Shown piece after piece: positions 28,437-37,041 of a DNA stretch of 40,352 bases; the stretch's first letter is position 1, and each line of letters starts with the position of its first letter. A program made the position numbers and the translations under genes. Below the pieces are notes generated by a model that had not been told where the DNA came from, did not search any database, and saw only the letters and a list, made by a program, of their open reading frames with translations. This DNA comes from Candidatus Eiseniibacteriota bacterium (GTDB lineage Bacteria > Eisenbacteria > RBG-16-71-46 > DASYSL01): contig JANPEF010000133.1 of assembly GCA_031431875.1 (NCBI GenBank), positions 1 to 40,352 of the forward strand, given 5' to 3'.

Positions 28437-30176
28437 CTAGCGCTCCGCGCCGGCCTCCGCCGGCGGAAACACCCGTGTCGCGCGCAGTCCTTCTCCATCG
28501 GTCCACATCGGGCGCACCTCGGGTGTGGCGAACAGGCGCACGCGCTCATACGTGCCCGCCCGCTCGTACGTCACTTCCATGCCTTCCAGCTTGTATGACG
28601 GGCGCGCGTAGGAGCGTTCGATCGCGACCTGCAGGTCGACCGTGTCGTCGACCGGGGTGCCGTCGACCTCGCGGATCGCGTCGCCGGGGCGCACGCCAGC
28701 CGAGCGCGCGGGGCTGCCGTCGGGCACGGCGAGCAGGCGCGTCGTGCCGGGCTCGAAGCGTTCGAGTCCGAAGGTGAGGCCCTCGGTGGGGACCGCTCGA
28801 TAGAAGAGGCCCGCGTCGTCGAGCACGCCGAGGAAAGCGACCTCGGGAGCGGGGCCGGTGAGCTCGCCGACGATCGTGCCGGGATCTTCGCCGATCGTGC
28901 CGGGCTTCCACGCGGAGCCGCGCAGGTGGGCGGTGAGCAGCAGGCGCATCGGCGGATGCGCGGACTCGGTCGCGTCCGCGCGCAGGGCCTGCGCCAGCGA
29001 CGGCCGCCCCAGCAGGTGCGCGCGCCAGTCGAGTGCCCAGGTCGTCACGCAGCCGCGCGCGTACGAGGCGGTGAACGCCTCGGGGTCGCGATCGAAGTTG
29101 CGCCCCAGGTCCTCCATCGGCTCGTGCAGCCAGCGGTTGCCCGCCAGTTCGTACCACTTGCCCGCCAGCTCGTCGGCCGCCTGCTCCTCGCTGGTGAGCC
29201 CGGCCGCGACGCGGGCGCGCAGGCCGTAGTAGTCGGCCGCGCCCTCGACGAACCAGTGGTCCTCGGCCTTCGGAAAGCGGAACGCGCCGCCGAGCCAGAA
29301 GTGCGCGAGCTCGTGGGCGACCAGGCGCACCAGGCCCGGGCTGTCGGCCGGTCCCAGGTCGCGCGAGAGGCGCAGGTCGATCGAGCGACCCGTCGCGTTG
29401 CCGGCGAAGCCGTGGCCCGTGTACGGATACGACACGACGACCGACAGCGGCACCTCGAGTCGATCGGCGCCGAACGCGTCGACGTGCGCGGCGAGCACGC
29501 GTCCGACCAGGTCGAGGAGCTCGGTCTCGGTCGTCTCGCCGATGCCGCGACGGCCCCACACGATGGTCGGCAGGCGCTCCGGCACGGCGGGCAGGACGCG
29601 CACGTCGTAGTCGCCGATCGCGACGTACGACTCGAGCAGGGTGTCGAACTCGGGATGGTCGATCAGGACCGGGCCGCGATGCGGGGCTTCGGGGTCGGCC
29701 GCGAGTTGCGCCAGGGGCGCGACGACCGTCACGTCCTCGGGCAGGCGAAAGGTCAACGCGATCGTGTCGATCTTCGCCGGCTGCTCGCCCGCGGGCTGGG
29801 CGAGGAGCTCGAAGCCACGCCAGCAGGCGAAGCCCGGGCCCGAATGCGGGGCGACCGGCGCGACCGCGTGGTAGCGGACGACCTCGCCGGCCGTGACGGT
29901 GTGCATCGCGCGACGGCGACCCTGCGGCGGCAGGACCAGACGGAAGCCCGTGGGCACGGCACCGGTCGCGGTGACCTCGACCTCGGCGCCCGCGCCGGGG
30001 TCGGTGGAGACGGTGATCACGTAGTCGAGGCGGACGGTCCGCCTGGCGGGCACGAGGGGGCCGCAGCCGAACGCACCGCCGAGGACAAGGACCGCCAGGG
30101 AGGCGAGCACGGCCAGCCCGAAGCGGGCTCGCGGGCCCGGGCGGGGGCCGGCTTCGAGAAAACTTCGCCGGATCAT
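28437..30176 (-). CDS. M61/M1-like zinc metallopeptidase with C-terminal PDZ domain, probable lipoprotein
   Basis: AHELAHFW, WFVEGAADYY, YARG, GSPARSAGVRPGDAIREVDG; possible lipobox AFGC. Confidence 0.82.
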   Translation of the reverse strand: MIRRSFLEAGPRPGPRARFGLAVLASLAVLVLGGAFGCGPLVPARRTVRLDYVITVSTDPGAGAEVEVTATGAVPTGFRLVLPPQGRRRAMHTVTAGEVVRYHAVAPVAPHSGPGFACWRGFELLAQPAGEQPAKIDTIALTFRLPEDVTVVAPLAQLAADPEAPHRGPVLIDHPEFDTLLESYVAIGDYDVRVLPAVPERLPTIVWGRRGIGETTETELLDLVGRVLAAHVDAFGADRLEVPLSVVVSYPYTGHGFAGNATGRSIDLRLSRDLGPADSPGLVRLVAHELAHFWLGGAFRFPKAEDHWFVEGAADYYGLRARVAAGLTSEEQAADELAGKWYELAGNRWLHEPMEDLGRNFDRDPEAFTASYARGCVTTWALDWRAHLLGRPSLAQALRADATESAHPPMRLLLTAHLRGSAWKPGTIGEDPGTIVGELTGPAPEVAFLGVLDDAGLFYRAVPTEGLTFGLERFEPGTTRLLAVPDGSPARSAGVRPGDAIREVDGTPVDDTVDLQVAIERSYARPSYKLEGMEVTYERAGTYERVRLFATPEVRPMWTDGEGLRATRVFPPAEAGAER

Positions 30177-30256
30177 CGGGCAAAAGGATGACACACCGCC
30201 GTGCCGAAGGCATCGGTATGATCGGGTCACTCCCGCCCACCACCTCGAGGGTCTGC

Positions 30257-31402
30257 TTGCACGCACGTCGACCGTTCCTCCCGCTCCGCATCCTGATCCC
30301 CGGCCTGGCCGGCGCCTGCGCCCTGTTATCGGCCGCTCCGGGCGCTTTCTGCGCCCCGGAGGAGCCGCTTCGGCTCAACCCGTATGGGCCGGCCCGGGCG
30401 GTGCCCCCGTACGTCCAGATCGAGGCCGTGGCCGAGAGCACGTGGGTGCTCCGCGCCGGGACTGCAAACATGACCGCGTTCCTCACCGGGGCCGGCTGGG
30501 TGCTGGTCGATACGGGCACCCGGGCCGAGGCGATCCCGCTGCGCAACGAGCTCGAGAAGCTGGCCCGTGCGCCGGTGGCCGCGGTATTCAACACGCACTT
30601 TCACGACGATCACGCCGGCGGCAACGCGGTCTACCGCGGGATGGGCGTGCCCGTGTACGCGAGCGCAGCGAGCGAGTCTCTGGAACGTACGATTCGCACC
30701 CGGATGACACAGGGCGCCCCACTCGAAATCGCCCGCCTCGACGCCTGCGCCGCCGCCACCCCGCCCGGCCCGGATCGCGACCGCGTGACCGCGTTCTACG
30801 ACTTCCTCGCGCGCTGGTGGCGCGAGGGCGCCGCCGACGCGGCGCGCGATCCGCAGTTCGTCGTCCCGGCCGACCATCCGTTCGAACGCAGGATGCGGAT
30901 CACCGTGGGCGGCCTCGTCGTCGAGGCGCGCGCGCTCCCGCAGGCCGCGCACACCGCCGGGGACGTGATCGTGATCGTGCCGTCGCGGCGCGTCGTCGCA
31001 GTAGGCGACGTGATCGTCCCCGGCGCCCCGCCGTGGGCGGACCAGTCCATGGGCGAGGGCTCGATCGAGGGCATCGTCGCAGCGCAGGACACGCTGCTCG
31101 CGTGGATGGCGGGCGGGTTCGGGCTGCGCGAAGTGGCCCCGGCCGACTCGACCTGGCGCATCGTCCCCGGGCACGGCGCGGTGACCACACCGGCCGGGAT
31201 GGTCACGGACCGCGCCTCGCTCGGCAGGCTGCGTGCCTGTGCACGTGCTGCGTTCGACGCCGGGCTCGATCGCGCAGCGGCGGGGCAGGGCTGTGCCGGC
31301 GCGGGTTTCGCCGAGGGCAACGGCGCCTATGCCGTGTGGTTGTTCGACGAGGAATGGCGGCGACCCGCTCGTGTCCCCACCAGGGCCGCCGGCCGGCCTT
31401 GA
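30257..31402 (+). CDS. exported MBL-fold metallo-hydrolase
   Basis: LVDTG, THFHDDHAGGN, HTAGD, VGD, VPGHG; start uncertain (30188, 30218 or TTG 30257). Confidence 0.88.
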   Translation: MHARRPFLPLRILIPGLAGACALLSAAPGAFCAPEEPLRLNPYGPARAVPPYVQIEAVAESTWVLRAGTANMTAFLTGAGWVLVDTGTRAEAIPLRNELEKLARAPVAAVFNTHFHDDHAGGNAVYRGMGVPVYASAASESLERTIRTRMTQGAPLEIARLDACAAATPPGPDRDRVTAFYDFLARWWREGAADAARDPQFVVPADHPFERRMRITVGGLVVEARALPQAAHTAGDVIVIVPSRRVVAVGDVIVPGAPPWADQSMGEGSIEGIVAAQDTLLAWMAGGFGLREVAPADSTWRIVPGHGAVTTPAGMVTDRASLGRLRACARAAFDAGLDRAAAGQGCAGAGFAEGNGAYAVWLFDEEWRRPARVPTRAAGRP

Positions 31403-31554
31403 CGATTCCCTGACGTACAAACGACCGAGGGTTGACACGCGACCGGGCCGAAATGGGCGATCATACGGACATCGGTGAGCGGGCCCCCGGACCGGGCGGG
31501 CGCGCAACCGGTGATGTCCTGCGCCACGAGATCGCATCGGGGAGGTCGAGCAGC

Positions 31555-32070
31555 ATGCGCCTGCGGTTCCACAACGGAGCGATCGCTTTCGCGACGCTCG
31601 TCGTCCTCGCGCCGATCACGGCGCCGCAACTCGCCGCCGGAGGTCCCGCGGCGAGCAATGCGAGCGAGTGCGAGAAGAAGGCCGCCGCCCGCGTCACCCA
31701 CGAATGCGTGTCCTGCGACGCCTCGGTGAGCTGCCTCGAGCGCGTCACCGCCGCCGGCGGCACGGCCGAGATCATCCCCATCGCCAACGGCCTCATGATC
31801 CTCTACAACACGTCGATGACCAAGCGCGTGCCCGAGGTGCAGAACGCCGCGATCGAGCGCTGGGACGTCACCGACCAGATCATCGCCGGCAAGGCCGAGG
31901 GCCACCTCTGCGCCTCGTGCTGCGCGGCGCGCATTCTGCTGATGCGCGCCGACCGTCAGGTCTATCGCACGTCGACCGGCGTCGTGGCGATGGTGACCAG
32001 CGACGATTTCACGATGGTGCGCGAGCTGCACCGCATGGCTCCGAAGCGCCGCGTCGTCGTCAACCAGTAG
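31555..32070 (+). CDS. hypothetical exported Cys-rich protein
   Basis: SD GGAGG; signal peptide; HECVSC and HLCASCC motifs; codon usage typical of the genome. Confidence 0.7.
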   Translation: MRLRFHNGAIAFATLVVLAPITAPQLAAGGPAASNASECEKKAAARVTHECVSCDASVSCLERVTAAGGTAEIIPIANGLMILYNTSMTKRVPEVQNAAIERWDVTDQIIAGKAEGHLCASCCAARILLMRADRQVYRTSTGVVAMVTSDDFTMVRELHRMAPKRRVVVNQ

Positions 32071-32131
32071 TTCCGCGACCCGCCTCGCGCAGCCGCCCCC
32101 GCGGCCGCGTTCCTGCTAAGCTGGGTCGCCC

Positions 32132-33985
32132 ATGATCCGTCGCCGTCTCGTTCCCCTGCTCAATCCGACGCAGCCCTCGGTCCGTCGCCGTGTCGTGGCG
32201 CTGGCCATGCTGGGCGTCGGCCTGCCCGTTCTGTTCCTCGCCGGCATCGGCCTGCTGCAGACCAGCGGCGTGGCGCGCTTCCTGCGCGAGACGACGGTCG
32301 AGTATGGGCACTATGCCGGCATCCTGGTCGCCAACGCGTTGCAGGAGGACGTCGCCCGTCGCGCCACGGACGCGGCCGAACGGGCGCGCCTGGCCGCGAC
32401 GTGGGGAGGCGCGTCGCCCGACTTCCTCACGCTGCTGGCCAGCGAGGACCCGCTGTTCACCGAGCCGTTCATCACGCCGATCGAGGTCGTGCGCGCCCGC
32501 ATGGACTCGATCGGCGTCTTTGCCAGCCCCATCCCCGACGATCTGCCCGCCGGCTCGAGCACGGCGCCGCGTGTCGACGAGGCGAGCCCGCCGCCGGCGT
32601 CGCAGGAGGGGCCCGGCGGCGCGTTCGGCGTGCTGCCCGACGGCGCTAGGCCGGTCAGCCGGCCGCGCGCCGACGCCGCGCCGGGGCCCGCGGATGCGCG
32701 CATCGTCGCCGTGCCGGTGGCGCGCGAGCGCGCCGACAGCCTCGACGGCGGAATCGCGCTGCCGGCGGGCGTGTGGCGGCGGCTGATGACCGTGCGCAAC
32801 GACACGATGATGGTCGTGGTGGGCTCGTCGCGCGGTGACAGCGCGACCGCAGGGAAGGGCACATTCCTCGTCTTTCCGCTGCTCGGCTTCCCGCAGCGGA
32901 CCGTGGCCGTCGCCGGTTGGCGCTTCGATCCGAAGAGCCTGACCCAGGATGAGCTGTCGGCCATCGTCGAGCGCGAGGTGTACCGCGACCGCCGCGTCTT
33001 TCGCGGTGACGTCATGCAGAAGAGCCTGGCACTCCTGCTCTATGACGAGTCGGGCCACGAGATGTTCCGCTCGCGCGAGAGCGGCCGCTCCGACCCGCGC
33101 ATCGTGCACCCGATCGGCGACCTGCTGCCCGGCTGGACGGTCGTCGCCACGCCGAGCAAGGACAACGCGTTCACCATGGTGCAGCGCTTCATCGCCGGCG
33201 AGTACGTGCTGGTGATCGGGCTGTTGCTGCTGTCGATGGTGGCGCTGGGCCTGGCGTTGCGCCTGGCCGTGCAGCAGGTCGAGGTGGCCGACCTCAAGTC
33301 GAGCTTCCTCGCCAACGTCACGCACGAGCTGAAGACCCCGCTGGCCATGATCCGCATGGCGTCCGAGACGCTGGAGCTTGGCCGCGTGCGCAACGAGGAG
33401 GACTCGAAACGCTTCCTCGCCGTGATCGGCCGCGAGTGCCGACGGCTCACGCACATGATCAACAACGTGCTCGACTTCGCGAAGATCGAGGAGGGCAAGC
33501 GCGAGTTCTTCTTCGCGCCCGGGGACTTGAAGCGCGTTGTCAACGAGGCGATCGAGATCTTCGAGCCGCAGTTCAAGCAGGGTGGCTTCGAGGTGAAGGT
33601 CGACGTGCCGGCGACGATGCCGCCGGTCGAGATGGACTCGCAGGCGATCGCCCAGTGCGTGATCAACCTGGTCGATAACGCGATCAAGTACGCAGGCGAC
33701 ACGAAGGAGATCGCCATCAAGGTGTCGGCAAACGGGGACGGCCGCGCCCGGGTCGCGGTGAGCGATCGCGGCATCGGCGTGGCCCCGCGCGACGCCGAGC
33801 GCATCTTCGAGAAGTTCACCCGCGCCGAGACGGGTCTGGTGCACAATGTCAAAGGCTCCGGGCTGGGGCTTGCCTTGGTCCGGCACATCGCCCGCGCGCA
33901 CGGGGGCGATGTCTTGTTGAGGAGCATCCCGGGGGAGGGCAGCACGTTCACGCTCGAGTTGCCACTCGAGCAGCCGAAGCGGTGA
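32132..33985 (+). CDS. sensor histidine kinase (HisKA + HATPase_c, two TM)
   Basis: FLANVTHELKTPL, NLVDNAIKY, DRGIG, IFEKF, GSGLGL, GEGSTF. Confidence 0.95.
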   Translation: MIRRRLVPLLNPTQPSVRRRVVALAMLGVGLPVLFLAGIGLLQTSGVARFLRETTVEYGHYAGILVANALQEDVARRATDAAERARLAATWGGASPDFLTLLASEDPLFTEPFITPIEVVRARMDSIGVFASPIPDDLPAGSSTAPRVDEASPPPASQEGPGGAFGVLPDGARPVSRPRADAAPGPADARIVAVPVARERADSLDGGIALPAGVWRRLMTVRNDTMMVVVGSSRGDSATAGKGTFLVFPLLGFPQRTVAVAGWRFDPKSLTQDELSAIVEREVYRDRRVFRGDVMQKSLALLLYDESGHEMFRSRESGRSDPRIVHPIGDLLPGWTVVATPSKDNAFTMVQRFIAGEYVLVIGLLLLSMVALGLALRLAVQQVEVADLKSSFLANVTHELKTPLAMIRMASETLELGRVRNEEDSKRFLAVIGRECRRLTHMINNVLDFAKIEEGKREFFFAPGDLKRVVNEAIEIFEPQFKQGGFEVKVDVPATMPPVEMDSQAIAQCVINLVDNAIKYAGDTKEIAIKVSANGDGRARVAVSDRGIGVAPRDAERIFEKFTRAETGLVHNVKGSGLGLALVRHIARAHGGDVLLRSIPGEGSTFTLELPLEQPKR

Positions 33986-34031
33986 GCCGCGCGACCGCGG
34001 CCTGCGCCGCACGCGCCGAGGAGGAGACGGA

Positions 34032-34733
34032 ATGGCCGCGAAGATCCTGATCGTCGAGGACGAGCCCGGGCTGCTCGAGGGGCTGCAGCACAACTTCCAA
34101 TTCGAGGGCTACGAGGTGATCACCGCAGCGAACGGCCGCGATGGCCTCAAGTCCGCGCTGAAGGAGAAGCCCGACCTCGTCGTGCTCGATCTCATGCTGC
34201 CCGAGAAGTCCGGCTTCGACGTGCTCAAGGAATTCCGCGAGAGGAACGCCGCCACGCCGGTGCTCATCCTCACCGCACGCAACTTCGAGGCCGACATCGT
34301 CAAGGGCTTCGACCTGGGTGCTGACGACTACGTCACCAAGCCGTTCAGCGTGGCCGAGCTCCTGGCCCGCGTCCGCGCTCTGCTCAAGCGCGCCCCGGCC
34401 GTTGACGAGGCCGGCCTGCAGACGCCCGGCACGGTCACCTTCGGCGACGTCACGATGGACCTCACCAATCGCGAGGTGAAGAAGAGCGGCGAGCTGCTCC
34501 AGCTCTCCTTCAAGGAGTTCGAGTTGCTCAAGTACCTGTCGGTGCGCCGCGGCAAGACGATCTCGCGCGACGAACTCCTGCAGGAGATCTGGGGCGTCGA
34601 CGTCGAGGCCGGCGTCACCACGCGCACGGTCGACACCCACATCGCGAACATCCGCGGCAAGCTCTCCGGCGGCGAGATCGACCGCCCCTTCATCGTCACG
34701 GTGCACAAGGTGGGATACAAGTTCGTAGGGTGA
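34032..34733 (+). CDS. OmpR/PhoB-family response regulator
   Basis: ILIVEDE, VLDLMLP, LTAR, GADDYVTKPF, winged helix TRTVDTHIANIRGKL...TVHKVGYKF. Confidence 0.96.
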   Translation: MAAKILIVEDEPGLLEGLQHNFQFEGYEVITAANGRDGLKSALKEKPDLVVLDLMLPEKSGFDVLKEFRERNAATPVLILTARNFEADIVKGFDLGADDYVTKPFSVAELLARVRALLKRAPAVDEAGLQTPGTVTFGDVTMDLTNREVKKSGELLQLSFKEFELLKYLSVRRGKTISRDELLQEIWGVDVEAGVTTRTVDTHIANIRGKLSGGEIDRPFIVTVHKVGYKFVG

Positions 34734-34836
34734 CACTCGACCAGGAGCGCCGTCCTCGCCCGCGTTGTTCGCGCGGGGGTCGTGGGCTGTCTCTAAACCA
34801 ATGAGTCAACCCGTTGTGGTTCGGGGTGATCCCAGC

Positions 34837-35793
34837 ATGTCGAACGTCATGTCAAACATGCGCCAGCGCAGGTTGATCTGCACAATCGGGCTGCTCGCCG
34901 CGGCGCTCCTGCTCCCGGGCTGGCTCGATGCGCAGGGGGCACCCCCCTCGCGACCCGTCGATTACACGTTGCCCGTGGTCTCCGCGGACGGCCGCCTGGT
35001 GTTCTTCATCGGCGACGGGCCGACGACCGACAACCTCCATGTCGTCCGGTCCGACGGGAGCGACGAGAAGCGGCTGACGCATGACGGCGCTCACCTCCCG
35101 CGCTGGATCGGGAATCCCGGCGAGATCACGTTCGCCGGACCGGGGACGAGCCCCGACTCGGGCCGCGTGTTCGCGATGAAGCCCGATGGATCGAATCGCC
35201 GGGTCGTCGCGTCCATTCCCGGCCGAAGCCCGGTGCTCTCCCCGGACGGCACGCGCGTTGCGTACCTGGTCGGCCCCTGGCGCACCGCCGAGATCTGGGT
35301 GGCGAACGTGGATGGCACGGCCGCGCGCAAGGTGGCCGGCGGCGCGCCGACCTGGTCGTGGAATCCGGCGTGGTCTCCGGACGGCAGTCGCCTCGCCTAC
35401 ACCTACGGCGATTCGACGCAGCGCCTGCAAATCCACATCGTCAAGGTCGTCGGATCCGTGCGCGACACCGCGATCACCGACACGCTGGACTCCCGCATGG
35501 CGTCGCAGCTGCCCGCCTGGTCGCTCGACGGCCTCAAGCTCGCGTTCCAGTGGGACACGGAGTCGGGGCAGGGCAGCGGGATCGCCGTGATCAACATGCC
35601 GACGCGGACCGTGAAGCGGTTCGACATTCCGCCGCCCGACGGGCGCTCCGGTGTGCGCGACGAAACGCCGTCCTGGTTTCCGGACGGGCGGCAGATCGTC
35701 TTCCGGAGCAATCGATCCGGGAACGTCGATCTCTGGGTGATGGCGGAGGATGGCTCGAACCTGCGGCAGGTGACCGGAGTCGCGCGGCGCTGA
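34837..35793 (+). CDS. exported TolB-like PD40-repeat beta-propeller protein
   Basis: Repeated P-x-(W/L)-SPDG, FRSNRSGNVDLWVMAEDGSNLRQVT; signal peptide; start may be 34837, 34849 or 34858. Confidence 0.88.
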   Translation: MSNVMSNMRQRRLICTIGLLAAALLLPGWLDAQGAPPSRPVDYTLPVVSADGRLVFFIGDGPTTDNLHVVRSDGSDEKRLTHDGAHLPRWIGNPGEITFAGPGTSPDSGRVFAMKPDGSNRRVVASIPGRSPVLSPDGTRVAYLVGPWRTAEIWVANVDGTAARKVAGGAPTWSWNPAWSPDGSRLAYTYGDSTQRLQIHIVKVVGSVRDTAITDTLDSRMASQLPAWSLDGLKLAFQWDTESGQGSGIAVINMPTRTVKRFDIPPPDGRSGVRDETPSWFPDGRQIVFRSNRSGNVDLWVMAEDGSNLRQVTGVARR

Positions 35794-36404
35794 GACGCGC
35801 GATCGTGATCCTCGTGGCCCTGGGGCTGGCGTCGTTCGCGCTCTGGTGGCTGCTGGTCGCCCGGCAGAATCCGGCGCGGCCTCCGATCACGCACCCCGCG
35901 ACGCTCGAGAAGGTCGCCCCGTCGCGGGCCCAGGCCGCGATCCGGGCCGCGATCGATGTCGAGGCCGTGCTGACCGAGTCCGGGCTGGCGTTGACCCACC
36001 CCCACAGGATGTTGTCGCGGGACTCGCTCATCTGCGGATACGGGATCCGTTCGACTCCCGTGCGCCTGGCCGAGGCGCAGCGCTCCGAGCTCGTCGCGCT
36101 CCTGCTCGATCGCCTGAGCTACCAGAATGAGCGGCCGCCCTGCCTCTTCATGCCGAATGTCGCCTACCGGTTCATCGCCCCGGCGGAAACGCTCGATGTC
36201 CTCGTCTGTCTCGGGTGCTATCACGTCATGTTCGTGGAGACCGATTCGACAGGAAGCAGCGGCCTCGCCCTCCCGGTGCGCGCGCGGCTCATGGACGTGA
36301 GCCGCGGCCTGTTTCCGCAGGACTCGGTAATCGTGGCCATTTGGCGGAAGGAAGCGTGGCGGGACTCCACGGATGCGGCGCGCGCGGAGCGGCGACGGAA
36401 GTAG
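35790..36404 (+). CDS. hypothetical membrane-anchored protein
   Basis: N-terminal RR plus TM helix; CLFMP...VLVCLGC; start CTG 35790 (CTGA overlap) or GTG 35805. Confidence 0.65.
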   Translation: MRRAIVILVALGLASFALWWLLVARQNPARPPITHPATLEKVAPSRAQAAIRAAIDVEAVLTESGLALTHPHRMLSRDSLICGYGIRSTPVRLAEAQRSELVALLLDRLSYQNERPPCLFMPNVAYRFIAPAETLDVLVCLGCYHVMFVETDSTGSSGLALPVRARLMDVSRGLFPQDSVIVAIWRKEAWRDSTDAARAERRRK

Positions 36405-36412
36405 GCCGGCGC

Positions 36413-36474
36413 CAGCCTACTTTCAGCCCAATTCACCTCGCCTGAGATAGGTGAATTGGGCTGAAAGTGGGCTG
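36413..36474. repeat. 26-bp inverted repeat with 10-nt loop (REP/MITE-like hairpin or bidirectional terminator)
   Basis: CAGCCTACTTTCAGCCCAATTCACCT / AGGTGAATTGGGCTGAAAGTGGGCTG, 25 of 26 complementary. Confidence 0.85.
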
Positions 36475-36655
36475 ACGACACGAGCCGTCGACGGCCGAAA
36501 ACGCCGGACGAGGGGTCCGAGATCGCATCGCGCGCCTCAGGCTCCCCCCGTCGGTTTCACGCTCTGCTTTCCACGAAACCCCTCATCCGGCGGGCCGCCC
36601 CTTTCGGGCCGCCCTCCGTGGACCTCGCTCACGGCTGTCCACGCATCCTTGCATT

Positions 36656-36671
36656 TGCACGCGGCGTGCCA
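36656..36671 (-). promoter_or_regulatory. sigma-54 (-24/-12) promoter candidate
   Basis: Minus strand TGGCACG-CCGC-GTGCA versus consensus TGGCACG-N4-TTGCW; one mismatch, correct GG-N10-GC spacing. Confidence 0.55.
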
Positions 36672-37041
36672 CTTGAATCGGCGCGCAGCGCCGAGGGTGC
36701 TCGCGTGCAGCCCACCGCACGGAACCCGCTCTCCGTGAGGCTTTCGTGCGCAGCGACGCAGCGAGACCAGGGTCCGACTCCACTGCCGATGACGCGACCC
36801 TGTCGGCGTGCGGATGCGGAAGGCCGCGAGATCCGCGGAATTCCCCGGGCCGGCCAGCGCGCTGCGCGCGCTCGAATCATGGCCTCTACCGCGAATCGAC
36901 CCATCTGACGCATACTCACGCGCCCTGCGCCGGGAAGCCGCGCCCGGCCCGGGTCTTGCCATGATCCGCCGGGGAGGCACGCGCCCGCGCTCGCTCCGAG
37001 CTGCGCGGCCGGCCTCCGTTCCGTTTCGCTCCGAGGACAGG

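Noticed and set aside
31680..31930. c-type cytochrome call for the Cys-rich protein
   Set aside because: The CxxC motifs are not followed by His.
34836..34859. Tandem CATGTCGAACGT / CATGTCAAACAT as an OmpR-type box
   Set aside because: Only two imperfect copies at 12-bp period, probably coding (MSNV MSNM).
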